This document shows, one piece after another, positions 20,481-35,620 of a stretch of 64,000 bases of DNA; within the stretch, counting starts at the first letter, position 1, and each line of letters begins with the position of its first letter. Source of the stretch: Hypanus sabinus (taxonomy: Eukaryota); assembly GCF_030144855.1 (NCBI RefSeq), contig NC_082731.1, positions 25,234,001 to 25,298,000 on the forward strand. The letters run 5' to 3'. The notes beneath the pieces were generated by a model that was given only the letters and a program-made list of their open reading frames with translations, had not been told where the DNA came from and did not search any database. Made by a program: the position numbers and the translations under genes.

Positions 20481-23400
20481 CATTTCGCTGTGTTTATATA
20501 TTCTACTCCCATTGAAATAAATGACAACATCGCATTCGTCTTTATCACCGCAGATCCAACTTGCAAATCAAACTTTTGGAATCACTAATCCACAGATTAA
20601 ACTCTATTCTAATCACGGTGTAGTTCACAATGATCGCTACAGACTTGTAAGTAGTTGGACTGTGGCAGAACACGGAGCACGCTGTGGAAACCTTCGCCCC
20701 CATGCAAAATCACGTACTATCAGTATTACAGAGGACGCCCCAATTTTAGTATGAACACTGGTTCTCCGAGCTCGGGCGATGTTTTTCTACCTCTACGCGT
20801 ATTGTGTGAGCTCTGCTGAGAATAGATGAACGTCTTACAGTCGCTTGTCGCAGATTCCACACCTTGTCTCTCTACCAGAATTTAGCATGGTCCTTGCTTG
20901 AATTAAACATTCGAATGTAATCGACGGTTTTACAGGCGGCAAAGGGCTCCGTCTTCGAATTATTGAATACTGAAATGGCCCATAGTTTGTGAGTGCGGGT
21001 GATGCAGTGGTACATACCTTGATTGCGTTATTATAAATTGACTGTCACCCCGCTGTGCCCTGGGATTGATTCACTGCCATAGTAGATTTTTTTTTTTTGA
21101 TTCCTTAAAACGCCTCCCGAGAATTCATGTTTACTGACCAACGTTGGATTATGTCAATATTGGGACTTTTGGTATCTGCATATCATACACATTCTTCCTT
21201 CACTTTGTAGCAGATTCATCTGCAGATCAATTGATGTTTGGCTACGAATGAAATCAAGGATTATTCGGAGGACACAAAGAAGCAGTGGGATTTACATCAC
21301 ATTCCATAACAGAACAGGAGTTGTGACGCCAACATGTTTGACTATTGTATTTACACCAGCTCGGGCGCAAATAGTATTTTCGACTTGAAGTAATGACTCG
21401 CATGCACTTGTTTTATATTCTTTAGTTCAATGTACAACTATCACAGTTCACGTCATGATCCCGTTGGCTTCGGCAGAAAACATTAAGATAATTAGTGACA
21501 ACGAAGTAACGAAGCCAAGTAACTGTACTCAAAACTCCGAAGCGACTGTAAGCTAGCGACTACCGTCATTTAAATTTTACTTCTACTTTCAGTTTGATCT
21601 CGTGTCATGCACTACTACAATACTGCCCAACAGGCGCCTGAGGAAGGAACTCGTCTTCCATCTGGTCATTTTTTTTTTCCTTTCAGAGGCAACGACAAAT
21701 ACGTATCCTTATCTAACTCACACTGCTTTACATTATTTCTTAATCTTGTCTTCCGTATTGGAACGACATCTGTGGTGCGTGATGTGCTGCAGTGTATTTT
21801 CTGTTGATGGTTGTCATGCCACATCCACGGTGGGATACGGAGCACCATAAGGCTGAATTTCGGACAAGAAAAATGCAGATATAATTATAAAAAATTCCAA
21901 ATACGTGAAGCCTACCTGCAGTGCTATGTTGTGAAAAATGCAGATTAATATGTATCGTCAATTCCTCTCGCTATCACACTGAAGTCAAGAGTTCAGCACG
22001 ACAAAAATTAAACAACACACCAAAGCTTCATCCTATCCCTGTCCATCGGTTGACTCGATTATGTTGCCTCCAATGTTAACTTATGTTGTTTCTTTCAATC
22101 TTAAGTACGGGTATAACGAAGGACATACTTCTCTCTTTTACTAGGAACTTACGGAAAAACTCTCGTGTTGTTTAGGAATGTGAGGGTTAGGAGAATAACA
22201 TAATTATTTATTTATTGGCATAGCAGTTTAATGCAATTTTTTATTAACTTCCTTTGTTTTTATTTAATGATCTCTGTATGTAATGTGTGGTTCAAAGCAT
22301 ATATCTATGAAGTAAGTTGTCCTAGCTTGCTTATCCTGTAATACAATATCTTCATGGCTATAATGAATAATCATATCTGTTAAGGGGATGTACATCCCTG
22401 CCATAGCACTCGTTTCCCCTATTTCACACGCAGATCACACTCCAGCAGGCGTTTCGCATTTTTTGCGCACCGCGCAGATTCATATAAAAGAATAGACGCA
22501 GGTGGCCGTATTCGTTTGAGCAACTGGTGCATATCAATGTTCTTGGCTATGTGACATCTGAGGTCATGAAGACATTTGCTGAAAAATATAGATTTTAGCT
22601 GGCGTGTCCCGTATTCCAAAGCATCTGCTCAGAAGGATTCAATGACAAACCACTTCTGAGGAAAATTATCCAACAGCAATCATGATCAGGAGACCATGAT
22701 CACAAGGCAGATGATGATGACGATACACGTAGAAATATGTTGGTCAAGATATAACTTACAGAAATCTAATTGTAAAACAAGATCAAGTTTGTATCTCGAG
22801 TAAGATATGGTCTCTTTAATTAGATTGTATTTTCAATCAAGATTGAGATGAATGATGCTTCACACTTGCCTCCCCCGCATAAGCAATTGGATGTAGTCAT
22901 ATTCCTTTTCGATGCTGTAATGTTGTGTTTTTTTTTACTGTCTCTTGGAATTTTCTGCATTTAGCAACTTGAATTTGTTTAACATTTATAATGTTTTTTG
23001 ATATATTTTGAGTTAATAATCTGCTCCTGTTTTGCCATAAGGGACCACTATGCATCTGAGTAGAGGCCTCAAACTTTGCAACATATGCTTGAGGTATTTC
23101 TCCCGATAATTAGTCCGATAAGATCGTCATTCTTTGAGGATATATCACAACTTTTATCACAGAGTTCTGTATATATTTAAATATAATATATTGTTCTTCG
23201 TACTTCTGATTTAAATGGATAGATTCCACATGGATTGAGTTCACATGGTGTTTACTTATATTTCATTGAAATTTCCAACTCGGTATCATACCAAAATATT
23301 CTGCCAAAAGAATACGTTATTAGAACTGAAGCCAAACTGTAAATTGGTTTTTGGTGTACTTAATGCTGAGCGCTACTTCGCAGATTTTCTTAAGGCAATG

Positions 23401-26400
23401 ATTATTCTGTCTAAGGTTTTCCATATAGCATCATGATCTATTTTCTTTGTTTGTTCATATCCAAGTTAAGATTCTGACCTGTTTCAAATCCATCTGTCAG
23501 TTCTATTGCATCCTGTTGTTTTATTCTCTATTCTAACCGTTCTACGGCACATTTGCATATAATATTCTGCACTTAATCAAAGCAATGTTCTTGTTCATAT
23601 TCCCACTATTTGAATTTATTGCTTCAGCAATACTGGTGAGGGACTGTATGATTTTACATCGTCAATCTTCAGACGTTATGTCAATTTTTAAAATAATTCG
23701 TTTTGTTATCTCTGATTTGAATCTCTATTTTGTTTAATTCAGTGAAGTAGAGAGCGTGTATAAAATCATAGTTACTTTTGAGATTCGCCCAGTAAAAATG
23801 GCTTGGCTATATAAATTTTGTTGTTGCTTTCCTTTTCGTTGATAATATTATTACCGCGTCAGATGTAATTTATGCAGTTTTCCATTTTTTCTTAGTTTCA
23901 CTAAGTACTTCCATAGTTAGCATGTTATTGAGAATATCAGCATCAGTTACTTTGTGCAAATATTGATCGACTGTTATCATTGTGCATGCAGCGTTTGTTA
24001 TGTTTGCTCAATGCCCATGTATTTTGTCAGTATGTTGTTAAATGTTGCATCATTTTGTCTGTAAGTCAGGTTCGTCATCAGCATTCTGTGAAATCTCTAG
24101 GTATTTGTTTTTGAAGTTACAGTCTGATGTGGCGCAACGTCTGACGTAATTGAACATCGGTCAACTATTAGGGCGGTATAATGTCATTAATTTCTTTTAT
24201 AGCATTTTTGCGGTCTTTAGGTTGGTTTCATTCCTGGTCTTGTGCTAATTCATGTTTTTGCTTATTTAAACATTCCTTTACAGAAGGAACACTGGGAAGG
24301 AAGATGGAAAATGTTGATGAATAGTTCCACAACTACACCCAGACAGCCATTCCTCGTCAGGAAAACCAGAATGCAGCTCGTTGACGACAGAAAGATATTG
24401 GAGTTCGAGGAAAATGTCCTCATTTGGGGATCAACGCGGGAGAGGCTTAGTAGGCATTAAATTCCGCTTTGTCAACATTTCCCATGACAAGAACTAGAGA
24501 GTAAATTCCATTTCCCAGGTCTGCTCCTCCACATTCTCAAAAGTGTCCGTAAATTCGGAGGCAAACTAAAATTAGACAAATTCCAAATGCAGTACGAAGT
24601 AAAGGATTCTACATGACTGAGTCACGGTCTATTAAAATAAATTCGCAGAAAATGGCCAGGTAAATAAAAATGTAAAAATTAATAGATACAGCCCGATCTT
24701 TCAAAGGCAGATATTCCCCTGTAGTATGTTACATGGAACGTTTCCAAAATAAAGCAGTATACATAATCAAACACCCGTTCTACCCAAATCAGGATCTCTT
24801 CAATTTATTTTGTCTTTCTCTGTGTTGCTTTCTACGCAGTTCAGTTCAGTTTGTGTGCAGTTTTATGTAACACCATGGTCCTGAAAAACGTTGCCTTATT
24901 TTTACTATCTACTGTAAATAAAAGTTATGGTGGAAATGTCATTACATGTGACTTGAATTGACTTCTCCAGTTATGCTATCACAATGAATTCAGAAGCATA
25001 ATATTTACTCGGCCGATTTCAGGAAACAGACATTCTCCTAAAAGAAACCGGTTCCTGATTCGTCGTGGAATTTATTACACTGTCATGAATTCCGAACTGA
25101 TTCTACAAAGTATAGACTAGCATTTAAGCACTATTTTCCTAATACTGTTTTTTTTTTGTTTTTGTTTCGTTTTTTTAATTCGCACAAGTTCTTCTTTTGC
25201 ACGATGTTTATTTGTCATTCAGTGTTTATGTATCGTATCAATAAGCTCTTTTGTATTTATGTAAATTTGTGCAAATGCATTAAAAAATGAAATTCTGTTA
25301 GTACGACGTAATATTCGTTTTCTGATCGTATACTTATCTACTTTGAGGGCAGGGATGCATAAATATTCCCTGGCAAGTATAGTGGCCAACTTCCATAGCA
25401 TTATATGCAATAATGAAATCAAATCAAAAATCATAATCAAATCGTTTAATTATCATGCTGCTGGACACTTTGCCGACAGGTGGCAAAATATTCAAAACAT
25501 TCCAAAATAACAACATATACACGTACCAAAACACCAATCACGCGAGGGCCAAGGCCCAAACGAAATTGGTAAGCACATGTGTCTCTTCTCCAACTCTCAC
25601 ATGGTCTGCAGCACCAGGCCAGTCCGAGGGTACACAGCTGCCATGTCGACCGTCCCTACATGAAACAAGGGTAGCAGGTGTGCGGCAAATTATATTATCA
25701 ATTTTTAGTAGGGACTTGTGAACACAAGTGAAAAATCTGAGATAATCTCCCATGGCTATACCACACGAATGTCAATGCGTCCGAGAATCTGGGACGAACA
25801 AGGTCTGCAGCCAGGTAATCCCACCCGTAACTAAACTGATATCTGAACTCCGATCGATCACTGGGCTGGCTCCACCTCTGATAGCAGTCCAAATACTCCA
25901 ATAAACGAGGCAACTCACTGACGAAGTAGTTTTGCAAAAACGATATTTTTTGCAATAGCATTGTCTTCTGATTGTAATGAACAATTTTTTGCAACGAAGG
26001 AACCATTGGATGTTCCCTGAGAAGCGGCTATCATTGCACGTGCCTTTATCATACAGAGATCACGATGTGGAGGCTGACTGCTAAAGAGAAGGACGAAAGA
26101 ATGGTGGACGAAAGCAACGTGCTAGTAGCGGAAGGGTTCTATGAATAGGTCATAAATATACACCTTCCGGCACTTCTTATAGATGAAACAATTGTGAATG
26201 ATGTTGGAATCAGTGAGAAGAGTATGCTCATGCTTTTTAAGATCAATGAAAACTTGACTCGGTCGGTTAAAAAAAAAGCATGAAGGAAGGGAACACCCAA
26301 CGGCATGATGGAACATACCCCAAGTATTTTGAAGAATGTCGTAAGGCTGCTTGGGCACAGATCATTAATTTTCTGTACAGACAGTGCCTATAAAAAGTAT

Positions 26401-26699
26401 TCTTGGAGGTCTTTATGTTTCATTGTTGTACAACATTGAAACACAGTCCACTTAATTCCTCCTTTTGGAAATTCGTCAACAAAAAGTGACATTTTCCTAT
26501 CAACTTGGAAACAGATCTCTTCAAAATAAACTAAATTTAATTCCAATATAAAGGTATTCCTGGTATATATGACACATGAAATCATCACAGTTGCAGTCAT
26601 TGATTTCAGAAATCCCATAATTATTTTATGGATATCTGTGCCCTTTCATGATGTTTGAATTGACCGTTGCACAAATACACTTGTACCTGAAAGGTACAA

Positions 26700-27790
26700 C
26701 TGCCAGTGAGTCAGTCTCCTGGAAAAGACTGCACCATGAATTAACACTCTTTTCTACTATTTTCAATTAGGCCTATTGAGAGATAAAATGGGTCAATTAA
26801 TGTTAATGCCAAAACCTAATGAAATAGAAACTTTAATTCAAAAAGGAAATATTATAAAAAAATTACGTCTTGTATGTATAATTTGAATCAAAAACAGACA
26901 ATTAAACCAAGAATTCATGTCAAAACAAAAATGTGAAACTGATTTAAATATTAAAATTGATGAAAAGTATTGGGCAAGACTATGTCTTGATAGTATGACA
27001 AATACAATAAATGTCCGACTTAGATTAGTATAATTCAATTTTTAACATAAATTAAATATTACAGCAGAAAAACTAAATAGATTAAACCCAAATTTATCTG
27101 ACCAATGTTTCCGACATAATCAAGAAATCGGTATTTTTTTACACTCTACTTGGTCTTGTTTTAAAATGCAAACTCTCTGGATAAATCTAAGGCTTTTATT
27201 GGAACAAATTATTGTAATACAAATTACACAAAGCACAATGCTATTTTTCTTTGGCGATATTGAAGGGATAATTCAGAAACGTACTCTCAATAAATATCAA
27301 AAAAATTATAGAAATTACATTGGCAGTAACCAAAAAAGCTATTGCAGTAACTTGGAAATCAGATTCATACTTTACAATGGACCGTTGGAATAATGAAACA
27401 TATAGCTGCTTTCCACTTGAGAAAAAACTCTTATAATTTAAGAAATGAATATGATATATTTCTGAAAGTTTGGCACCGCTATCTAAAAAAAATAGTACTA
27501 AATATATAGCTCCTTTGAATATATAATTTTTAGTTATTTGGGAAAAAATAAAGATATATACTGAAGTTATTTTGAAATCAATGGAGCATGTGGGGATCCT
27601 CCGATATTCAGGCAATCCTTCTTTTTTTCTTCTTTCTTTTTCTTTTCTTTTTTATCTTTTTTTATTAGACAGGGATGTAGGGGGGAAGGGTTAAGGGGAG
27701 GGGAGGGCTAATATTATTTGTCCTTACTATTATTCTATTTATTTTATGTAATAATCTTAAAAAATTAATAAAAAATATATATTAAAAATA
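26700..27790 (+). mobile_element. L1/Tx1-type LINE 3' end
   Basis: YWARLCLDSMTNTINVRLRL and LNPNLSDQCF...LHSTWSC C-terminal zinc-knuckle remnant; pyrimidine and purine runs in the 3' UTR; A-rich tail. Confidence 0.7.
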
Positions 27791-27889
27791 TTCAGCATGG
27801 CAAGTGGGAGACTCAGAAGTCAGCTGGAAGGATTCTCCTTTGTTTGTTGAATCGGAAATGAAGCTTGTTTCCGTCCATTTAATCGTTGT

Positions 27890-28590
27890 GTTTGTCGCAA
27901 GCGTAACACTACACATCATCAAAAACTAAATATTCCAATCGTGAAGCACGGTGGTGGATGCATCATATTCTGGGAAAAGTAAAATGAATGCAGCAAGATG
28001 CAGGGCGCTCCTTGATGAAAACCCGATGCTCTCTGCAAGAAACCTGCGAGTTGTCTGAAGATATGTGTTCCATCAAGACAATGACCCCAAGCTCATATCC
28101 GGAATTACACAGGAATGGCTTACAAAACAACAAAGTTGATGTCCTGTCGTATGCAGGTCTGAGTCCAAACCTATATCGAACTGAAAACTTGTCGCTGGAC
28201 TTGCAAATGGCTGCTCAGTCACCATCCTCATGGAATCTGACAGGGCTGCAGCAGATTGTAAAGAGAATGAGGAAAAGATAGCTGGGTCCGGATGGATGAA
28301 GCTGACAGAGATCTATCAACACAACCTCAAGACTAATGTCTGCCAAATGTGTATCCATTATTTTCTGTCTTGAATGGGATGATTAATTGTGCAATGAATT
28401 TTTTTTAGCTTTATGTTTGTAATTCATTTAGATCACGGCAGAGATCAACTTTCACTCTGTCACAGTCCTTCGTAAAGCAGTGTCAAGAAAACCATATCAA
28501 AACAACTGTGATTCAATATTGTAAATGAATAAAACATGAAAACCTCCAATTTGGGTGAATATATATTAAACGAAATGTATACCTAGGCAC
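27890..28590 (+). mobile_element. Tc1/mariner transposase relic
   Basis: PIVKHGGGCIIFW, FHQDNDPK and SPNLYRTENL (= SPDLNPIENL) motifs. Confidence 0.85.
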
Positions 28591-28839
28591 AAACACACAA
28601 TAAATATAAACGATTATACCTTTAGAAATATGTTAGTTCCATCTGTTATTGATTCAGGACATTTATTGCAGCTTTATTAATACCAACGTTGTCCATTTTG
28701 GAGTTTTCTATTGAATTTTCATTGCATTTATTTGGGGTTTATGAGCCGCGGGGTCACCCTACTGTTGGGCAAACCTACGGATAAACGACAATGGTAATAT
28801 TGCTTCAATACTGGGCTGCTGATTGTAGGAATGACGTAG

Positions 28840-29050
28840 AAACTGTCGAGACAGTGCAGAGGAAACTTAGCAGGAATACTGGTGGAATATGATGCATCTG
28901 TTAAGAGGATATCTTGAGTGAACTAGCGCTTTGTGCTTCAGAGTGGACGTAAATAAGAGATGACTTCAAAAAGATGTAGAAGTTTATAATAGGCATGCAT
29001 CGACTTTACAAACAAATGGATTATTTCTCCGGGTTGAAAGCACAACGATT
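28840..29050 (+). mobile_element. CR1 3' ORF2 fragment (degenerate)
   Basis: Similar to the CR1 C-terminus (RNDVETVETVQRKLSR). Confidence 0.55.
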
Positions 29051-29064
29051 AAAAATACTAGTGA

Positions 29065-29200
29065 CAGAGTTCAATTCCCGCCGCTGATAATAATGACTTT
29101 GTACCTTCTCTCCGTGGCGGAGTAGGTATCCTCCCACCCGTCCAAGTCCTTACCGATTCGTCATTGGTTTAGTTGGGTTAATTGGTTATTGTAAATTGTA
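29065..29200 (+). mobile_element. V-SINE/HE1-like SINE relic
   Basis: B-box-like GAGTTCAATTCC followed by V-domain-like TTTGTACCTTCTCTCCGTG...CCTCCCAC...TTAATTGGTTATTGTAAATTG. Confidence 0.55.
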
Positions 29201-30849
29201 ATGTTTTTGCTTTATGTTAATAAAGGTTCCGAAAGTCGAGGATTATATGGTTATCAACACTGCTGGAGAACATTCAAATGCTGAATGTAAAAACCCAAAT
29301 AAGCCAGGCAACGAGTGAACTGGAGTGTACTAAAAAAAACATTCACCAGTTATGATCAATACTATCTCTGTATATTAAACATATTAGGTTACATCATGGG
29401 GACCAGAAAAACATGAATACATCTGGACAAAATAAATCCATCCAAATATTTTACTCATCCAAAGATTTTAGTTAAAGTAGATGCCGTTAATCACGTAATC
29501 AAATAGAGCTGGCTTCCATCCAAACATCCTGCAGCGAGAAAAAAAAAGAACATTCTGACATTTCTAGCTGGGATCCATAAATTTCCCGTAACTGGTAAGT
29601 TCTCGAAAAGAAGACCACCCACAAGTCCAGTTCCACCAACATTCATTTCGAGGTATTCCAATATCATTACATTCATATTTAACCATTGATATTTATCCAA
29701 TAGAGTTTAATGTGGATAGAACTACTTAATGTCTATAGAGGGTATAAATAAATGCATAATTTTACAAACGCTTTGCTAGGCAAAGCAGTTTAATTGATGT
29801 GATCCTTATGCTAGGTAATAAATTATGATATAAAATAAATCTAAAACGTCATGCTGTCGCACATGAAATATTTAAAGATTTGACGACATTTCCAATTTAT
29901 CGCCATTGTCAAATAGGTGAAGAAGTGAAAATAACTAAATTATTGTTTTCATCTGACGCAATGCGTCTCATGAATTTGTTTTTCCCTGTCTGATAAACCT
30001 AAATTATACCTACCGCCGAAAAACAGCTTCACATTTATCCAAGTGTTGAGCATTTAGTCGAAGCGCAGTGGAGAATTATCCATTCAGTTTGAAAGACAAA
30101 TTCCGAGATTGGTCGAAGGAAAGGTGGTATGTGCTGTATCAGTCGTTGCTGTTGGAGGAAAGTGAAAATTAAACTAGATTTACGATGTTTGCAAGGGCAC
30201 AAAGTGTATATTAATTTGTTGCTTGACTCTTCGGTGTGCAACGACTTTTTTATTTGGGAAACCAAAGAGCAATAAAGATGATTACCAGCTGAAAGGTCAG
30301 AAACCCAAAGATTCTGGCAGTTATTTTGTCCCTCGCATAATCATACCATCTACCTCGAGGACAAATACAGATCCTTTGAGATTGTGGGCTAGGTCTTATA
30401 TTGGCATGTAAATAGCCGCCTGCAGAACGAATTCCTAACTCAGTGGTGTTAACAGTATGCAATTCAATACCAACATTAAAATTTTATGAGAAATGTTGTC
30501 CAAGTTCTGTTACAATAACATATATACAGTAATAGACAACGCAAAGATCGCCCAGTATCACATTATGAGCAGAAATTAAAACAGAATCTGCAGAGAACTG
30601 CAGCACGGAATGTGATGGATATGAAGTAACCGGAAATCTTACAGATCCAAAAAAGTATCGTTAATTGAATATTGACGCCAATTAAACGTTTAGAAACAAG
30701 AACGCACACGCTGTCGTACAAAATCCCTATATTTTTATTACTGGATCGGCGAGGTGAGGCAACGCTTTCTATTTCGTGGACCGACAACGATCTCAAGGGC
30801 GTCAGCTATAGTCAAAACACACAGAACGCGGAGCAGGCAAAGTAACCCA

Positions 30850-31660
30850 TCCCAAAGAATATACTAGGATAGCAAGAAGGTGGATGGCATTCTCTTAAAC
30901 AAGGAGTTATTATTCCTTAATTATCTAATAATGGAGAGAAGAGCTAAAGACCTGTCCGATGGAATAGGAAATGGTCAATTGTACGATTCTGGATTATTGT
31001 ATGAAGACAAAGTGTGCACATTATTTTCATAACGGGAAGCAAATTCAGAATTTCATGGTATGAACAGGTTGAGTGACCTCGTGCGGGATTACGTAAAAAT
31101 CAACTTGCAGTTTCAGTCGCTAATGCGGAAACCAAATACAATGGTTGCATTGATTTCAAGATCAAAACAATATACAATAAATGAAAGAACGTATTGTTGA
31201 GGACTTATAAGGTATTGTTGGGACCACACGTGGAGAAATGTGATCAGTTTTGGCATATATAATTAAGATATGATGGGCTAGCTTTGGATGCACGAGCATG
31301 ATGTCGGCAAAGAAAGATTTAAGTTATGACGGGCGTTTCAGGTCTCTGGACTCGGACTCTTTGGAGTTTAGAAACATGAGGATCGTGGATCTCATCAAAT
31401 CTTATCGGCTGCTGAAACCGGATGGAGTGGAAGGTAAGAGCATGTATTTAGTAGCGAAAACCTTTTTCCAGAGTGCCATTCTCAAAATAGAGAAACATGC
31501 TTTGGAAGACAGATGAGGAAGAATAGATTCGGCCGGATGGTGTTGAATATCTGGAACACTTTGGCAACGATGGCTGTGGAGATCAACTCACTATGTCCAG
31601 TACATAGGGAGGATGATACGCATTTGATTAGCATGGCTTTCAAATTTTACAGGAAGAAGA
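30850..31660 (+). mobile_element. Old CR1 3' fragment
   Basis: ANTMVALISR, LLRTYKVLLGPHVEKCDQFW and FRNMRIVDLIKSY remnants. Confidence 0.65.
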
Positions 31661-34449
31661 CAGAAGAATTGGCTTCACAGTAATAATGAATTTGGCATGA
31701 CGATGAAACCGATCAGACTCCATAGTCAAGATCGAATTCTGTTCCGAAGTAGTAGAGTATTATGAAAACTATATGTTGAAGTTGCTAAAAGCCAGATTTT
31801 CTTCGTACGGCATACAATGGAAATTATTGAGACGGGTCCAAAGCAGGGAGAAGCATAAACCTTTTCTTCATAATCAAAACCTGGAATCATGACAGAGATA
31901 GGAAATATTTGGAATACTAACCTCATCAGGTATGATCCGTTGAAGGAGATATGTGAAATGAACGGAAGTGCATTGCTCTTTTATTAACATGACCACATTG
32001 TGTAAGTTCTTCCTTCTGAAGCGAAGAGAATTTCATGGTAGTTTTACTCTTCAAAGCATTCCGCTTGTACCGTCAGTTTCTCATGTGGGCCAGCAGCCTA
32101 CGCAGTCGGTGGTGTTACTTCTTTGCAAAGAGTCCTCAGACTTATTTTACTTGCAATTTCTCTTCCGGAATAATACTTCCCTTGTTGCAACGGAACCACA
32201 ACAACGGAAGTTGAACTTTATCACAAGTAACTAAGATCCGATGAAAAAAAAAATGATGCTGCTCCGGGAAAACAATGAGGCTTCTGTTTTCTTGATTGCG
32301 GATATGCATCATATTATTCGCATATTATTCCATCTTATTTGCTGTTGTTCGTTACGGTTTCCGTACATTGCGGGATTACACATGTGGATAAGAGTGGAAT
32401 TGCATGGGGTACAAACTCCACCAATGACTCGGAAAGATATATTTAACGCACTGGTTAAGACTGTACTGCCAATTTTGTAGGGTATATCCATTCATGGTTT
32501 TAGATTGAAGCAGTGTGTCGTGCTGACCTTCTTTAGGCTATCGTTAAAGATCATGTGTTCTGGTGCTCATACATACGAATGTCGGGTCGTTGATTCCAGA
32601 TGATCCAAGATGGGAATTCCTATTGGTGATCCATGAATACGTGTTGGCGCTGTGAGTACAAGGACACTTCACCTTTTGGAAGATTTGAGATTCTACCTGT
32701 GCACATTGGGCTGTTTTAATTGGTTACCTTTGGCTTTTTGAAGAATCTTTTTATTTAATTTAATAACTGTTTGGATCGGTTAACGTTTATAAATTTACGT
32801 TCTTTGTGATTGTATGCAGAGTACGAACTGTAATTATCGGCTGTTGTCAGACCAATGTCATATCCACTATAGATGTAAGGAAAATAAGAGGTGGATTTAA
32901 TCCCGCTGTGACCAGTGGCCGTTAGCGAGGCGTTAAGGTACAACAATGCGAGAGAAGCCCAGTAAAAACATGTTTCACATGAATTCAGCTGGCCATGTTC
33001 GATAATATCTGAACGACTTGAAAAGCTCCATCAGTAGTTCCTGTGTAGATTTTTTTCCTGCTAAATTTGCTGCATTGTGGCATGGTACAAAGTCGATTTG
33101 GGATTACACGATAATCCGAGTTTATTGCCAGGTCACGAAGAGAGAACTCAATATATTCCAGTATTGTACACCTAACAGTACACCAGTCTATATATTGTCC
33201 TATGTACAGCAGCCAAAGAGATAAAGGTTGTTATCCCGAGAGAGAGAAACTTTAAAAAAATATATAAACCTTTTACAACAAATTTGTTTGCTTCCATTGA
33301 GGTGAAGGAAAAGAGTGAAATATAAACACCGCACAATTTGAGAAATAACGGTTTTACCTTCATTTGAACTGTTATATTCTGAGGCAATCCATACCAGCAG
33401 GCACTGAACCATAAAACAGTTACCTTGTACCTTTGACGTCCATGAAAAAATTTAAATCAACATTTGACAAAAGCGAGTGTAGAAATACCCCACCAACGAT
33501 TGCTTCAAAGCTCTGTTTTGAACTTTTTCTATTAACTGGCATCCGATTTTTTTTGTACGCCAAAGGCGTTTTGTCGACTCGAAAGGACACAAAAGGTTAT
33601 TTGTCCGAAGATTATTTTGTTTGGATTGAAAACACATTTTGCTCAGAAGCCTAAAGGTATGTGTCACATGCGGCAGGGTAACGATAAATTTGACTTTCAT
33701 ACATTACACTTTTCCACTGCCTGCTTGATACCATTGTAGTCCATTATCCTGCATCACCCTATGCCTAGCACAAGTACAATTACAGTGTTTTAGGCGGAAT
33801 GATCAGAGAGCTTGCCTTCAATAGCATTATAGTAAGAGACGAGGACCAACATGTTCCAGTGAGCATGAGGGCAAACATATCATATTCAACGAGCATTGGT
33901 GAACGAAAGTTTTTGAGGGTATGATGAAATATCAAGGAAACAATGCAAATAAATCCCTCGACGGATTAGGGAAAAGCTGTTTAAACCATGTCTTGAAAGT
34001 GTAATCATGTGGGCCATCCGAGGAATGTAATGTATTTAGCAGTTAATAACACCAAATATTGTTTTATTTAGATTAAAGTTCGTTAATAGCGAAGTTTTAG
34101 AACACTGTTAAATGGTGGAAAATGCTACTCTGATCTGTTAGGAAACGCACCCAACCGATCCAACGTCCGGAACTTAGATGCAATAACTTTCTGGGATATG
34201 GATACCGGACCTGCCCCTTTTAAAGATTTACACCGTTCCACTACTGGTGGCCACGTTTTGTGGGCAGGAATTAATTTTTAATGAGCTCCTGAACTGAAGT
34301 TCAGTGCATAACCTTAAGCTCATTTACATTAACGACTAACGTCTTCTTTTGAACTCGTTTCTGGATTCAGTCTCGTTTCGAGTCTCGACCCCAGTCTCCC
34401 ATATTCCGGCACTTGTGTCCTAAAAATGTCTGTCCAGCGCTTTCCTCAC

Positions 34450-35620
34450 AGGACGATTGAGCAAAAATTTGCGCAGCGGGCTATCAGAATCATTTGGCAG
34501 CTGTGGAGCGCCACAGCATGAAAATATCAAGACAGCTTCTGGATGTACTCGACCTCAATGGCTTGTGCCAACTATCAGAGGGAGAAAGAGAGGATCGACG
34601 GGAGCGGGCTTCCGTCTCTCAGCAAAGCCAGTCCTTCTTAAGACCTCAGATATTCGGTGTTGATCCGGCTGTTGCCGCAGCTCCCTTACTCAATGTTCCT
34701 TTGTGTTCGAACTCCATCCGGCCCGGTTCTGTGCGGAGTAAAGGAAGCTGGACTTCATGATCTGTCTCCTAATTGGCATAGCACTCGTACGGGCTACGAT
34801 GCATTTGGAGCGATGGTAGAAGATTTGCTGTGATTTGAAGGAAATCGTGGACTCCTTGATGAAGGTGTTACATCTCATCCCCGATCGTTTGATGAAGTAA
34901 TGTCAGGGCATTTAGTCTGCAGGCAACTATGCTCTTAAGTTTTGAACTTTGGCCCAAATGGAGATGGTTTCCGTCAGCCTTTGGCGCCACCGATTATACG
35001 CACACTCAATCCCGTTGAAAAGTGCTATCGAATATATCAAGGATATTCTTCCTGGGTTCCACTGAGCTAACCACCTCCCTGGCAACATCCGGTTTCTTCG
35101 TTCAGGCAAATTACGGGAGCCAAAAGGCCTAAATCGTAAAACGGTCAAGATTTTTTTACCCTTTTCCACCAAAGAACACAGCCTTTGTGAGCCTCCAGCA
35201 GTCAATATCATTCTCGCAACTTCCTTTGAGAGTGCATGCAATCTAGTCGCATAAAGGAGGGTTAAGAGTGGTAGACGGCATTCCACACATCGACAGCGGA
35301 TGATGAGTCATGCCCCTCGGCCTTGCCAACGCACCTGCACTATTCCTGGCCTTAAGAAACGATGTGCTCTGCGATGCACTCCATAAGAACGCCTTCGTTG
35401 ACTTAGAAGACATACCAACTTTCTCGCCGTTCATGTAAGAGCGAATTATCTGCTTTAAAGACATTCTGAATCGCATCGCGATCATAGAATGTATGCTAAG
35501 CTGGAAAAGTTCGGCATTCACGTAACCACCAGAACATTTTTGTGTTTCAGCATCGCTATTGGCAGTCTCAAGGTTGAACCTCATAAATATAATCGGTTAC
35601 AGAATTGCGGCAAACGCTTG
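34450..35620 (+). mobile_element. Degenerate Ty3/Gypsy (Sushi-like) pol relic
   Basis: On the + strand: GFFV, KGLNRKTVK, VRIKEG*EW*TAFHT and [11 protein letters not shown] (= RT VMPFGLxNAPA). The - strand ORFs here are shadows of this relic. Confidence 0.72.

Larger units (their letters stand above)
1..23150 (+). repeat. Segmental duplication unit A (part alignable within the window)
   Basis: 1-2050 aligns to about 36100-38100; about 6300-9225 to 50810-53730; about 11490-23150 to 53730-64000. Confidence 0.9.

Noticed and set aside
25698-26358. - strand ORFs with vague LINE-like motifs (WDYLAAD, FIDLKK)
   Set aside because: Motif order does not fit a known RT; too degenerate to call.
35243-35584. 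113-aa - strand ORF
   Set aside because: Antisense shadow of the Gypsy RT relic on the + strand.
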